Below the pieces are notes generated by a model, which saw only the letters and a program-made list of their open reading frames with translations, did no database searches and was not told where the DNA came from. A stretch of DNA of 64,000 nt, taken from NCBI RefSeq assembly GCF_018350175.1, contig NC_058368.1:237462001-237526000 (forward strand), given 5' to 3'. A program made the position numbers and the translations under genes. The stretch's first letter is position 1. Each line of letters starts with the position of its first letter. Shown here piece by piece: positions 40,169-53,641 of this stretch. Origin of the DNA: Felis catus (taxonomy: Eukaryota).

Positions 40169-41509
40169 TTGTCAACAACTATTTGCTGGTCTATTTGACG
40201 AACAAACGAACGAACAGACAGAAACGTAACGCCCAGCAAAGAGCGCTGGTGGACTGGCTCACGCCTGCAGTCATGAGGACAGAGCTGCCTGGGCAGGTGT
40301 GCTGTTCTGGACCGGTGGTGAGGACGAAGCAGGTGGTGGGGAGCCTGGACATCCCAAAGACAGGCACCGCAGAGTCCCCCAGGGGCGATCGTGATGCCAG
40401 AAGGTCACACGCGCACGGCGGACGCCGTCCCGGGGGCCGCGAGGCGATATCGACAGCGGCCCACGGCCACCACCTTCCACCGTCCCTTTCCCAGAATTTA
40501 ATGAACTAAAGCATCCTTGCAAAGATAGCGCCTCTTACCCCTGTCCCATCTCCTCTGAAACCCCCACGTCAAGGTCTTGGTGCTTATTTTCAGTGTGCAC
40601 CTGCTGTCCCCTGCGCTGATAGCGACGAGCCTCTGTGCTCTCCCTTTCTCAATGGCCTCAATCCTCCTGTCTTTGGGAGGGAGGAGTTTTCTGGGAGCGC
40701 CACTAAGCTCGGGCCCTGGCCTCTGCTGTCCTGGTGGCCCTCGCGCCTGGTGCCACCTTCAGCCTGAAACCCGGCCGGGCCTGCGGCTCTCCACCACCTC
40801 TGCCCAGAGGCCAGGCTTTGGAGACACCCTCCTGGCCCTTGGCAGAAACCATGCCGCATCCACTGTGAAGTCCAAGTAGCTACATCTAACAGATAACTAG
40901 ACAACCTCTGCATTGTTACTGACTCAGTCATTCGGCGGCCAACTCTTTCCAAATGCCAACAGCAGCCCCATCCTGCTGAGCCGGGAGAGAGCGCGTCCCG
41001 CGAGCCGCCTCTGGTGGGGCCATGGAGTGCTTCCATGCTTCCAGGCCAAGCTGCCTCTCGGGGCCACATCCATGCACCTCCATCTCCGCCACGGCACGTC
41101 CTATCTGGCGGTCTAGTCATGAGCCGGCGGGCATCGCTCAGATGTGACACAGACACATTTCCCCCTCTTCCTGTGTCATGCCCGGTTGTAGTCACTGCCC
41201 CGTTTTCCCTCGGGGACTGTGGCTGGATTTAGTCTGAAACAGGGATCTGTCGCCATCGTCCCCATCAGAGGACAGGAACGTGCGAGGTCAGCGCGCTGAA
41301 GTCGATTTCCATGCCTCCGTCAACGTCCCCTCCCCCCCAAATTAAAAAGTATGGAAGAAAGTGTTAAAGTGTTCTCAGCTACAGAGAAACCAGGAGAGCA
41401 AGCATATCGTCCAAAGCCACGTGTGGCTCTTGACCCCCACGCACCGGGTGTGTGTGTCAGGCCCTGGGCTAGGTCCCCAGGGTCTGTTCCTGCTAAGGAA
41501 CAGCCCCCT

Positions 41510-41635
41510 CGCCTGTCGGGATGAGCACTGGCTGTCGTATGCAAGTGACGAATCCCCAGATTCTATTCCAGAAACTAGTACTACTCTATAGTTAACCAAC
41601 TTGAATTTAAATAAAAAATAATAATAATTTTTTTA
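41510..41635 (+). mobile_element. Very short carnivore L1 3'-terminal fragment
   Basis: gggatgagcactgg...gtgacgaatc...ttctattccagaaact...gttaaccaacttgaatttaaataaaaa. Confidence 0.75.
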
Positions 41636-41727
41636 AAAGGGCAGCCTTCTAAGGAAGCCATTGTAGCCCTATTGCACAGAGCAGAAGACTGAAGGTCACA
41701 GAGAACCAGTAATTTGCCAAGGTCAGT

Positions 41728-42140
41728 GTAACAGTTACCTGTCGCTGGGACACAAATTGTCCCAAACCTAGTGACTTAAGTCACGTACATTGTGTTATGT
41801 CTCATGATTCTGTGAGCTGCCTGCACTCGGATGGGAGCCCCTCCTGTTGGCCACATCCAGCCGGGAGCTCACAGAAGCATCCGAGATGCCCTCTCCCGGC
41901 GGGGCCTCTGTCTGTGTGCCTCTGTCTGCCTGGGGGAGGAGGGGGTCTGGCCTGAGCTTCCTTACAACATGGCAGCCGGGGGCCCACGAGGCAAAGCCTC
42001 CGTCCCCTGCTGGAGCTGGATGTCGCTGAAAGTTGCTTCCGTTGTACTCTGTTGATGAAAACCTGTCCTGGGGCTTGTGCAGGTGCAAGGGGAGGGGGCT
42101 GGCCTCCCCTCCTGGTGTGAGGAGCCTGTGAGGGGCACAG
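41728..42140 (-). mobile_element. Degenerate MLT1-type LTR
   Basis: cagttacctgtcgctg...caaattgtcccaaacctagtgacttaa...tctcatgattctgtgag; ttccttacaacatggcagc. Confidence 0.6.
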
Positions 42141-42935
42141 TCTGGGCAGAGCAAACAACAGGGAAGGGGAGGAGGGGGCTGAGTTTTCAAATGATGGCGA
42201 TATATAACTTTGATAAAAATAAAAACCAACTTAGAAAAAAAGACAGACTAGACGAGCCCCGCAAATCTGTGCAAACATAGTATGAAAGAGTGGAGGCTGT
42301 TTCAACTTGTCATTTGTAGGAGAAACAAATTCGAATCTTGGGAAAATTTGCTATCCATTCAGTAAATGTTACCTCACATCATTAAAAAGATAATTCCCAA
42401 TGAATAAAAAATGTTACTGTGAAAGGCCTATAGTTACAAAAAGAAACACATATTTGGCGTTCTAGGTTCTTTGAAGAAATGTCTTCAATCAACCAAAAGG
42501 TCACAACTTATAAACCACTGACAGACGATACTAAGTCCTTGATAAATCAAGGACTTATTTAAGTTAAAAAATTCTTTAAATTGAGTTGAAAGATCAAAAC
42601 GTTAGGAAAATAATTTCAATTTACATGGATGTAAAAGGCTTAGTATCATAAGTTACAAGATCACTTATTAATAACAGAAAGATCAACAATAAAATTTAAA
42701 AAAAAGAAAAGAAACTAAGGGGACAATTCACAGAAGCAGAAAGCTAACTGACCGATAAATATGAGATGTGTTCAGGCTCAAATGTAACAAAAGACCAAGG
42801 AGAGTTAACACACGGGTAAAACATTATTTATCTCCAGTCATACTGTCAAAGATAGAAATGATTGAGAACGTCCAGGTCAGACAGGATTTGGTAAACAGGC
42901 GGAGGGATGTAAACATAAACTCTTTAGGAGTATTT

Positions 42936-43150
42936 AAAAAAAATTTTTTTTTATGTTTATTTATTTCTGAGATAGAGACAGAGCATGAGTGGGGGAAGGA
43001 CAGAGTGAGAGGGAGACACAGAATCCGAAGCAGGCTCCAGGTTCCGAGCTGTCAGCCCAGAGCCTGACACAGGGCTTGAACTCACAGACCGTGAGATCGT
43101 GACCTGAGCCGAAGTTGGTTGCTCAACCAACTGAGCCACCCAGGAGCCCC
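42936..43150 (-). mobile_element. CanSINE
   Basis: Reverse SINE, TSD aggagtattt(t)aaa. Confidence 0.9.
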
Positions 43151-44465
43151 AGGAGTATTTTAAACATTGTTTTGTAATTTCAGTAAAACGTAAGATGTAT
43201 ATGTTTGCTACTTAAAGCATAATTTATATATGATACAAAGATCAGATGGTAAGTGTCAAATTTGGTAGCTTTCATAAATATACACATGCATGCAGTCATG
43301 ACACCAATCAGCATATCGGGTCAGGTCTCCACCTGCCCCGACCCGTCTTAGTCCTCCACCGCTGACGTCCCAGGCGGCTTCTGGGCTCCTGATTAATCTT
43401 AGCCAGTACTGTTCTACAACACCATCGGCATGCCCTTCTAGACTATCTACCCTCTTTTGTATCTATTTTCTTGTTTCAACAAAATGTTTTTGAGATCCAC
43501 CCATGTTGTGTGTGGTAGTTCAGCCTTTTGATTATGGCATTATTACATTTGGTAAATAGACTACAACTTAACTCTCCATTCATCTTTTGATAAATACTTG
43601 GCTTGTTTCCAGTTTGGGGCTGTTATGAATAGTACCACAATAAACATTTGGGTCAGATAGTTTGCAGGACATGTGTATTCTTTTCTCTTGGGTAAATACC
43701 TAAGAGTAGAATCTCTTAGACAAGTGGCAAGTGGATGCTGAACTATATATAAAAGTGCCAAGAGTTTTCCAAGTGTGCATGCGATTTCACACCCCACCAG
43801 CGGTAGTGAAGAGTCTGGCTTGTTCCTCATCGTTGCTAACACTTGATATTCTCAGGCTTTAGTTTTAGCCTGACTCTAATGGGTTTGTAGTAGTATCTTG
43901 TGCTTTAAGTTTGCATTTCTCTTATGACTAATGACGTTGACCATTTCTGAAAGGCTTATTGGCCATTTTACGTCTTCTTTTGGCAAATGTCCATTCAAGA
44001 CTTTTACCCATTTTTTATTAGGCTCCTTGTCTTCTTATCAAAGTGTATGATGTGTTCATATATATGTATTTTGGTTAAATTATACACCATATACAATATA
44101 TCTTATATCACAGGATTCATGCTATAAACAATATAATCTATATCACAAATTATACACTGTGGCTTGTCCTTTCATTGTATTGTCCTTGTCACTTACGGAT
44201 CACTTGAACTCCAACTAATGCCTTTTTCTTTTAAGGATATTCTTGTGTGTGTCCTATCTAAGGAATATTTGAATCACCGAAACTGTGAAGATATGCTCAT
44301 ATGGTTTTTTTTCCAGATGTTTTAGCTTTTGCATTTAGATTTATGATCCATTTCAAAATAATTCAGTGTATGGTCTGAGGTAGAACACATAGTTCATTTT
44401 TTTTCATGTGGATATTGAGTTGCTTTTGCACCAAGGTATTTATGTCAAAACTAAGTGACCATCTA

Positions 44466-45446
44466 AAGGGGTAGTATCCGAAATCCATAATGAACTTATC
44501 AAACTCAACACCCCAAAATCAAATAATTCAGTGAAGAAATGGGCAAAAGACATGAATAGACACTTCTCCAAAGAAGACATCCAGATGGCCAACGGACACA
44601 TGAAAAGATGCTCAACGTCACTCATCATCAGGGAAATGCAAATCAGAACCATGATGAGATAACACCTCACACCTGTCAGAATGGCTAAAAGTAACAACTC
44701 AGGAAACAACAGATGTTGGCCAGGATGTGGAGAAAGGGGAACCCTCTTGCACTGTTGGCAGGAATGCAAACTGGTGCAGCCACTGTGGAAAACAGTATGG
44801 AGGCTCCTAAAAAATTAAACATAGAACCACCCTATGACCCAGAAATTGCACTACTCGGAATTTATCCAAAAGACACAAAAATGCTATTTCGAGGGGATAC
44901 ACACACCCCAATGTTTATAGCAGCGCCATCAACAATAACCAAATTAAGGAAAGAGCCCAAATGTCCATCGAACTGGTGAATGGATAAACAAGACGTTGTG
45001 TGTGTATATATATATATGTATATACATGCAATGGAATATTACTCAGCAATAAAAAAAATGAAATCTTGCCATTTGCAACAACGTGGATGGAGCTAGAGTG
45101 TATTATGCTAAGCAAAATAAGTCAGGCAGAGAAAGACAAATATATGCTTTTACTCATATGTGGAATTTAAGAAACACAACAAATGAACATAGGGGAAGAG
45201 AAGGAAAAATAAGATAAAAACAGAGAGGCGAAACATAAGAGACTCTTAAACACAGAGAACAAACAGGGCTGCTGGAAGGGAGGTGGTGGGGGGATGGGCT
45301 AGATGGGCGATGGGCGTGAAGGAGGACGCCTGTTGGGATGAGCACTGGGTGTCATATGTAAGTAGTGAATCACTGGGTTCTACTCCTGAAGCCAAGACTA
45401 TACTGTATGTTAACTAACATGGATTTTTAAAAAATAAGTAAATAAA
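44466..45446 (+). mobile_element. Carnivore L1, 3' about 1 kb
   Basis: ORF2 end plus 3' UTR; imperfect TSD actaag(tgac/caat)catcta. Confidence 0.85.
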
Positions 45447-45984
45447 AGACTAAGCAATCATCTATGTACAGATCTATGTTGGGCTCCCTATTCTGTTCTG
45501 TGGGTCTATAGGTCTTTCTATTCACCGGTGTCAAGCTGTCTTAATTACCATAACTTTATAGTCAGGCTTAAAGTCAAGTGGCGTAAGCTTTCCAAGTTGG
45601 TTCTCCTTCAAAATTGTTCAACTTATCTTGTTCTTTGTAACTGCACATAAACTTTAGAATAAGTCTATCAGTTTCTCTGAAAAAAACAAAACAAAACAAA
45701 ACAAACCACCGATGTGTTGATTGATGCCGTATGTCTACATACCAATCCGGGGAGAATGGACATTTTCACAGATGGAGTTTGCAATCCAGGAGTGTGACCT
45801 ACCTCTCGTTTTATTGACACTTCCCTCCCTCACTCTTGCGTAGTGTTCTGGGTAGAGTTTTTGTGTGATACATCTGACTCAATTGATTCGTACTCCTTCA
45901 AATTTAAATGCTTCTTTGTTAAAAAATTGTCAAAAATTAAATTTCCTATAACTTATTGCTACATTGTAGCAATATAATTGTTTT

Positions 45985-47710
45985 TATCAAATGTCTATTC
46001 TACTGAAAGCAACCTACAGATTTCGTGTAATCCCTAGCAAAATACCAACATTTTCACAGAACGAGAACAAACAATCCTAACATTTGTATGCAACCACAAA
46101 AGATCTTGAATAGCCAAAGCAATTGAAAAAAGAAAGACAAAACTGGACGTGCCATATTTCCAGGTTTCAAGTTACATTAAAAAAGGAGTGGTAACTAAAA
46201 CAGTATGGTACTGGCATAAAAACAGACAGATGGGTGCCTGGGCGGCTCAGTTGGCTGAGCATCTGACTCTTGATTTCAGCTCAGGTCATGATTTGAGTTT
46301 GTGAGTTCAAACCCCAGGTCAGGCTCCACACAGTGCAGAACCTGCTTGGGATTCTCTCTCTTCCTCTCTGTCCCTCCCCTGCTCATGGATGCCCATGTAC
46401 ATCTGGTCTCTCTCTCAATCTCTCTCTCTCAAAATAAATAAATAAACTTTAAAGAAATAGACATATAGATCAATGCAATTGAACAAAAAAAAAAAAAAAA
46501 CCCAGAAATGAACCCACAATTAAATGGTCAATTAATCTTCGACAAAGCAGGAAAGAATATACAATGGGGAAAATGTCTTTCCAACAAATGGTGTTGAGAG
46601 AACTGAACAACAACATGAAAAAGAATGAAATTGGAGCACTTTCTTACATCCTACACAAAAATAAACTCAAAATTGACTACAGGCCTAAATGTGAGACATA
46701 AATCCATAAAAATCTCGGAAGAGCACAGGCAGTAGTAATCTGTCTGACATCAGCCATAGCAGCATTTTTCTAGATATGTCTCCTGAGGTAAAGGAAACAA
46801 AAGCAACAATAAACTATTGGGACTACATCAAAATAAAAAGCTTCTGCACAGCAAAGGAAACAATCAACAAAACTAGAAGGCAACCAACTGAATAGAAGAT
46901 ACTTGCAAATAAAACATCTGCCAAAGGGTTAGTAACCAAAATATATAAAGAATTGATCAACTCAGCACCCCTAAAACAAATAATCCAATTTAAAAAAGGG
47001 CAGAAGACATGAATAGGCATTTCTCCAAAGAAGACATCCAGATGGCCAACAGACACATGAAAAGAGGTTCAGCATCACTCATCATCAGAGAAATATAAAT
47101 TAAAACCTTGGAGATTTGTCACCTCACACCTGTCAGAATGACCAAAATCAGAAACGCAGTAGGGGGCCTGGCTGGCTCAGTCAGTAGAGCATGAAACTCA
47201 GTCTCAGGGTTGTAAGTTTGAGCCCTACATTGGGTGTAGAGATCACTTAAAAATAAAATCTTTAAAGACAAAAAAAAAAAAACAAAAACCAGAAGAAACA
47301 ACAAGTACGGGTGAGGATGTGGAGAAAAAGGAAACCTCTTGCCCAAATGTCCATCAACTGATGGATGGATAGAGAAGATGTCATATATATAGAAAATGGA
47401 ATACTGCTCAGCCATAAAAAAGAATGAAATCTTGCCATTTGCAATGACATGGATAGAACTAGACAGTATTATGCTCAGCAAAGTAAGTCAGAGAAAGACA
47501 AATATATGATTTCACTTATGTGGAATTTAAGAAACGAAACAAATGAGCAAAGGGGAAAAAAAAGAGGAGACAAACCAAGAAACAAACTCTTAACTACAGA
47601 GAACAAATCGATGGTCACCAGCGGGGAGGTGGGTCAGGGGATGGAGAAATGGGTGATGGGGATTAAAGAGTACACTTGTCATGATGAAAATAAAACAAAA
47701 TAAAATAAAG
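45985..47710 (+). mobile_element. Carnivore L1 3' part containing CanSINEs at about 46232-46450 and 47162-47262
   Basis: ORF2 3' region and 3' UTR with A-tail; SINE heads seen directly. Confidence 0.82.
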
Positions 47711-49001
47711 AGAAATGCAATTGTTTTAATATGGATTTTCTATCCTGTGACCTTGCTACATTCACATACTAATTCTGATAGATACTTTGTTTTTCACAGT
47801 CATGCTGCCTAAGAAACCTTCCAAATTTTGCCTTATTTCTTCATTTGCTTGTTGGCTTGTCTGCTTATTATCTTATTACACCGGCTAAGACCCCCAGTGC
47901 AATGCTGAGATCCAGTGCAAATCCTTATCGTGCTCCCAACCCTGAAAGGCATTAACTCTTCTCTGGTTAACACTGATGTCCGCTGTGGTGCATGTTGGTG
48001 TTCTCCGTCCAATTGAGGGATTTCATTCTGCCCATGGTTTTCTGAGCGTTCTTAATAAAGGAGTCATATATTTGTCCATTTTTTTCTCCATCTACGGACA
48101 TGATTTATCCCCTTTACTCTCTTGACATAGTGAATTACATCGATTTCTCCAAGTTGAGTCAACTCTCAGTTCCCGGGATGAACCCCATTTGTGCATGGTG
48201 CTTTACCCTCTGATAGGCTGCGGGACTTGGGTCCCTTACACGCATGAGGACTCTTGTTTCTATGTTGATGAGACATGTTGGCGCTGTGATGCATGCATAT
48301 CAAACACACAAATACAGAATCTGAGAAAACACCTGTCATAGCCACCAGAGCGGCTAAGTGGAAGAGACTGAGCATGCCAAGTGTTGGCACGCGTGTGAAG
48401 CAGCCAGCGCCCTCCCGCCTTGCTGAGAGACATGAGACCCTACCGCCAGCCTCGTCCCTGACGACACCGCACATCCGTCCACCCTGCGACCCGGTCACCC
48501 CACTTCTTACAATCCATCCTGCTCCTGGACCGCTACAAATACGGGACAGCCTTCGTAGAAACCGCAGCACTGTTTCTAAAAGTGAAAGCTTAAACGACAC
48601 AAATATCTTTACGAGGGGTCTGGTTGATTGACCGCAATGCATTCCAAGATGAATGCTATGCAGGTACTTTTGAAAAAAATGAGGAAAGTCTCTACAAAGT
48701 AATTTGTAGTGAGGTCCTTGATTTATTGTTACAAAAAAGTAGCAGGGTGTTGAATAGTGTGTACAATAGGCTACCTCGTCTTAAGAAAGAAAGGGAGAGG
48801 ATTTACTTATTGTCATGAACGCACGCATACCTTGGCTTACATTTGCAAAAAGAAACGGGGAACACTTCCTAGAAGCTGACGAAGATGGACTGATGGCGGT
48901 GGGGGAGACAAATAAAAGGGAAGGAAAGAGGCAAGACTTTGCTGAGTTCACTGTTCATAACACTGAAACCATGGGAATTATTCTGCAAAAAATGGAATCC
49001 A

Positions 49002-49200
49002 GGGGCACCTGGGCGGCTCAGTCGGTTGAGCGTCCAACTTTGCTCAGGTCACGATCTCACAGTTCGTGAGTCCGAGCCCCGCATTGGGCTCTGTGCTGAC
49101 AGCTCGGAGCCTGGAGGTACTTTGGATTCTGTGTCTCTCTGCCCCTCCCCTGCTCGTGCTCTGTCTCTCTTTCTCAAAAATATAGAAACATTAAATTTTT
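49002..49200 (+). mobile_element. CanSINE
   Basis: Head ggggcacctgggcggctcagtcgg; TSD aaaatggaatcc. Confidence 0.9.
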
Positions 49201-50299
49201 TAAAATGGAATCCGGTCCAAAAAGGGAAAAACCCTAAAATTACGGTAGATAGAAATACATAAACCTGTATAACCTTGATGAGATAATGTAATACTTTCAA
49301 GTAATTTTGGACATAGAGCCTTATGCATCCTAAATATGATGTTTTCCACATACAAAAAAATTTAAGGAAATGTAAAAGACAACTGCACTCAGTGAATTTA
49401 TTGTTATTAATAATGTCAATGCAATATATTTTGAGATAAATCAAATAAATGAATATACCATGTTGAAGGAAATAAGACTTTCGATATATGGGGAGAGATA
49501 TAAATAAAAATATTTTGATGCTAAATACAAATTAGAAATATATGTGCACTTATCTGAAATATAATTGATTATGTGCTTTATTTCAAAATCTATATATAAA
49601 AGCTGACCATAAATATTTTTCTCAGGGAGTCATGTAAACTCTGGCAAAGTCAGAGACTTCAAAAGAGAACGGATATAGAGACCTGCTCCTCCTCTCGCTC
49701 CTTTATCGTATGCACCCGATTCATCACTTGGCACATAGCTTTTGAAAATTACCAAATACACATGAAGTGGCAAAATGTAGATTCTTCCAATTTCATGCTG
49801 CAGATTTCACTCCTCGTGAATAGTGACCTGGCGTTTCCTGTGTATCCTTACAAATCCTTCTGCACACAATAATAGCGTTTTGAAAAAAAACAAACAAATG
49901 AAGAAAGAATCCACCAAATTTTGTGACTGATTTGTACCCACTGGTACTGTTACAAATCCTCCCCTCCGGGCCTCCCTGAAATTAAGAGAACAATGCAGAA
50001 AGGTCCCCTCTTAGAGTTCCACTTCCTGAGTGTCTGTCTGGTGCTCCTGCAACTTCCCCCCAGAGCCTCAGCGCAGGGACACTGATTGGCTCCTGGTTCT
50101 GTGTCCCGGGAAGGGGGTGGTCTCACCGGGCCCTGGTCGCCGTGCTCAGAGGGGGCAGCACAAAATATCCCAAGGGTGCCTCCCATTCCCTTGTATGGAC
50201 ACGCCCATTTCCCTCACCTCCCCCAACTCCCCACCCTTGTCCCCACCAAACTGGTGCCCCCTTCTCCGATCTCCTCATTCTAAAACGTTCTATCCATTT

Positions 50300-51640
50300 T
50301 TGATTTAGATTCTATGTGTCGTGCCGTAGGTAGCCTTTGGGATGGGCTCTTGCCCCACAACCTAATTCTCTGGAGATCCATCGGGATTGCCTCGTGGACC
50401 CACAGCTCACTGTGTGCACAGCTGAGCAGTAGCTGTACCATTCGGCCTCAGAAGGACATCTGGCTGATTCCAGTTTCTATTACAATTAAGGCTGCTGGGA
50501 ACATCCGTGTGCAGAGTTGGTGTGAATGCACGTTTCTGTTTCTCTGGGACCAATGCCCAAGAACGCAACTGCCGGACTCCGTGGGAGTTTCAAGTTTAGT
50601 TTTGGAAGAAACCGCCCAACTGTTTTCCAGAGTGATTGTATCATTCTGTTATGCCCACCAGCAAGGAGTGGACGTGCCCGCTTCTCCACGTGGTCACCAG
50701 CATTTGAGGGTGTCACTCTTCTATTTACCTTTGCCATTCGAGGGGGGTCACGCCTTTCATTGTGGTTTTAATTTGCATTTCCTTGATGACATTGAACATC
50801 TGTTCATGTGCCTATTTTCCATCTCTATATCCTTTTTGGTGAAATGTCTTCTTAGATCTTTTGTCCAAATTCCAAATGATGGTCTCCTGTCATTGTTTTC
50901 TTTCTTTCTTTGTTTTGCTTTGTTTTAGTGTTCTTTATATATTGTAGATACTAGTCCTTTGTTGGATATGTGTTTTGCAGATAATTCCCTCACTCTGCAG
51001 CTCATCTTTGCGTTCTTTTACAAATATCTTTCACAAAAAGAATAATAGTTAAAACTGGAAGTGTCTTTCCCAGAACAAAAATTTTAATTTGGATCAAGTT
51101 CAATTAATCAAATTTTCCTTTTCTGGGTATGCCTTTGGTGCCTGGCCTAAGAATTCACTGCCTAGCTCCTAGGTCTTAAAGATTTTCTTCTATGTTTTTC
51201 TCAAAGTTCTACAATTCCATTTAAGTCAGTGATCCATTTTTAGTTCATTATTGAGCAAGGTGTGAGAGCAAGGTGTGACATGTTGTACATGTTGTTGTTT
51301 TGCTGGGAATGTCCAGTGACTCCAGCGCCATTTGTGGAAAAGACTAACTTTCCTCCATTGAATTGTTTTTCATTGTCATCAAACAGGTCAGGCTCGTGTG
51401 GGTCTGTGTCTGTGCTCTCTATTCTGCTCCGATGATCTACATGTCTGTCCCTCCACCAGCAACACATACTCCGGACTCTGGTAGCCATGTAACGTCTTAA
51501 AATAAAATCAACTGATTCCCCCTACTTTGTCCTTCATCAAAATTATTTAAGCAGTACTAAAGACCATGCCTTTACGAATAAATTTGGGAAATGATTTGCC
51601 TGTATCCACAAAATTCTTGCTGGAATCAAATTAATTTTTT
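50300..51640 (-). mobile_element. Old L1 3' region (minus strand)
   Basis: cattgtggttttaatttgcatttcc...ttgaacatctgttcatgtgcctatt...; degenerate. Confidence 0.75.
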
Positions 51641-51885
51641 AAATACTATAACTCTTTCCCACCCTGAATATTTTATGTAAAATATCATCACCGTTCAGTT
51701 TGCTCATGTTCAAGTTTCCTTTTCCCAAATGTCAACACGCATTCATTCAGTCAACCCAATTAATTGCTGTGAGCACCTGCTATGTGCTGGGAACAGCACA
51801 GGTCATTCCGGATGCAAAACAGAAACGTGTGCCCACTTTGCTCAAGGAATGCAAGTTTGGGGGCTGATGGCTAACTCGGGAATTT

Positions 51886-52069
51886 TCTTTTTAATGTTTA
51901 TTTATTTTTGAGAGAGAGAGAGACAGAGTGAGAGTGGGGGAGGGGCAGAGAGAGAGAGGGAGACACAGAATCCGAAGCAGGCTCCGGGCTCCGAGCTGTC
52001 AACAGGGCTCGAACTCACGAACTGTGAGATCATGACCTGAGCTCAACCAACTGAGCCATCCAGGTGCCC
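51886..52069 (-). mobile_element. CanSINE (internally deleted)
   Basis: Reverse SINE; flanks taactc(g/a)gg(a/t)atttt. Confidence 0.88.
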
Positions 52070-53432
52070 CTAACTCAGGTATTTTTTAAAAACTCCACGT
52101 TATATTCAATGTGCATATCTATTAGATCCTAAAGTTTAATACCCAAAATTGATCATGCCGTACATTGGAGAGCCAGGGCTCCTGTCATCTGATCTGCCCC
52201 GTGACCTGTGGTCCACGACGCTCAGGTGCAGGGGACTGCCCCAGGGGGAAGCAGTGGTGAAATCTACACAAGTGTCTGCGTCAGTTCTCTGCTCATCTCC
52301 CTCGGTTCCTTGCTGTGCCTCTTACAAGTAAAAATGAACAACCAGGAGTGAGCCATTCATCCACCCGTCCATTCATTCATTTATTCAACACTTATTTAGT
52401 GTTCATGACTTTCCCAGGCTTGGACTGGGGGGTGGGAGAATGAGGCCAGAGAGCCCGCCTACCCGGACGCCAGCAGCTCCCAAGGAGGACGAGGGGGAAG
52501 GACTGACGGGGTGAAGCAACCTGTAGAGGCCCGGCCGGGAGGGAACGTGGCTGCTGGTGGAAAGGCTAGTGGGCCAGGGTGCTGCGAGCAGGGAGCCGGG
52601 GAGCTGCCAGCCTACAGCTGCGGGCAGAAACGAATTCCAAAGGGCTTTTGGCCATGTTGGCACAGGGAAGCTTTCGGAAGTGTGGTGGTTCCCAGGCAAG
52701 AGTGCCCGCCTCCTGGCCAGGCTCTAAACGGGTTGGGGAGCAGAACGACATATGCAGACCACGATGATCGCTGAGGGGCCAGGCCAAAGGACCCGGCCTC
52801 GCGGCCTCTCCCACTGAGCAAGGGCTCTGAGCAGATTTGGACGTGAAGACCCAGATCCCTCTGGCTGCAGCGGAGAGGAGAGTGAGAGCGCCTTGTTTCT
52901 AGAAGGAGCTTGAGGCAAGAAAGGCCGGAGGAGTCTCCTCCAGGAGTGAGGCGGTGTTGAAGGGCCACAGCCTGGCAGAGCAGCACCGTCTGTCTCCCAG
53001 GCCCGCCTCTCTTCTCCTTTCCTCGCTAGGCTGTGTGCTGCCCCCGCCCCTCTCTCTAACCTCGACTGGAATTTCTTAAAGATGTTCACTGTGACATCAG
53101 GGAAGATGCGGGAATGCACTCAGCGTCAAGGCAAGCCTCTCCCCACGGACACTTGCAGTGATCCCTGAACCTTCCCCTTCCCTGGAGGCCTCGGTGCCCA
53201 CGGTGCCCCCCGCCCAGAGCAGAGCCGGGGGCCAGGCCCACCTCCCACGAGGCGAGGCAGTGACTCTGCAGACCCCAGATGGAAGGCACAGTGATCCTGG
53301 GGAGCCTACTGCCCAAGCAGCCCGTCCCCCTGCCGGGCCTCGGATAATGGCACAAAGACATATACACAGCTGACAAAATCCATTTAAAGGTCTGAACGGC
53401 AAACCCAAGACCTAGTTGTTTGTTTTGTTTGT

Positions 53433-53641
53433 TTTAATTTTTTTAATGTTTATTTATTTTTGAGAGAGACAGAGCATGAGCAGAGGAGGGGCAGAGAGAG
53501 AGGGAGACACAGAATCCGAAGCAGGCTCCAGGCTCCGAGCCGTCGGCACAGAGCCTGACGCAGGGCTCGAACTCACGGACCGTGAGATCATGACCTGAGC
53601 CAAAGTCGGATGCTTGAGGGACTGAGTCACCCAGGCACCTC
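53433..53641 (-). mobile_element. CanSINE (last recognisable TE before IRX2)
   Basis: Reverse SINE head, body and tail. Confidence 0.9.

Larger units (their letters stand above)
43230..48200 (-). mobile_element. Old L1 (minus strand) split by two younger plus-strand L1 insertions
   Basis: T-rich L1 antisense text at about 43.2-44.4, 45.46-45.96 and 47.72-48.2 kb. Confidence 0.7.
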
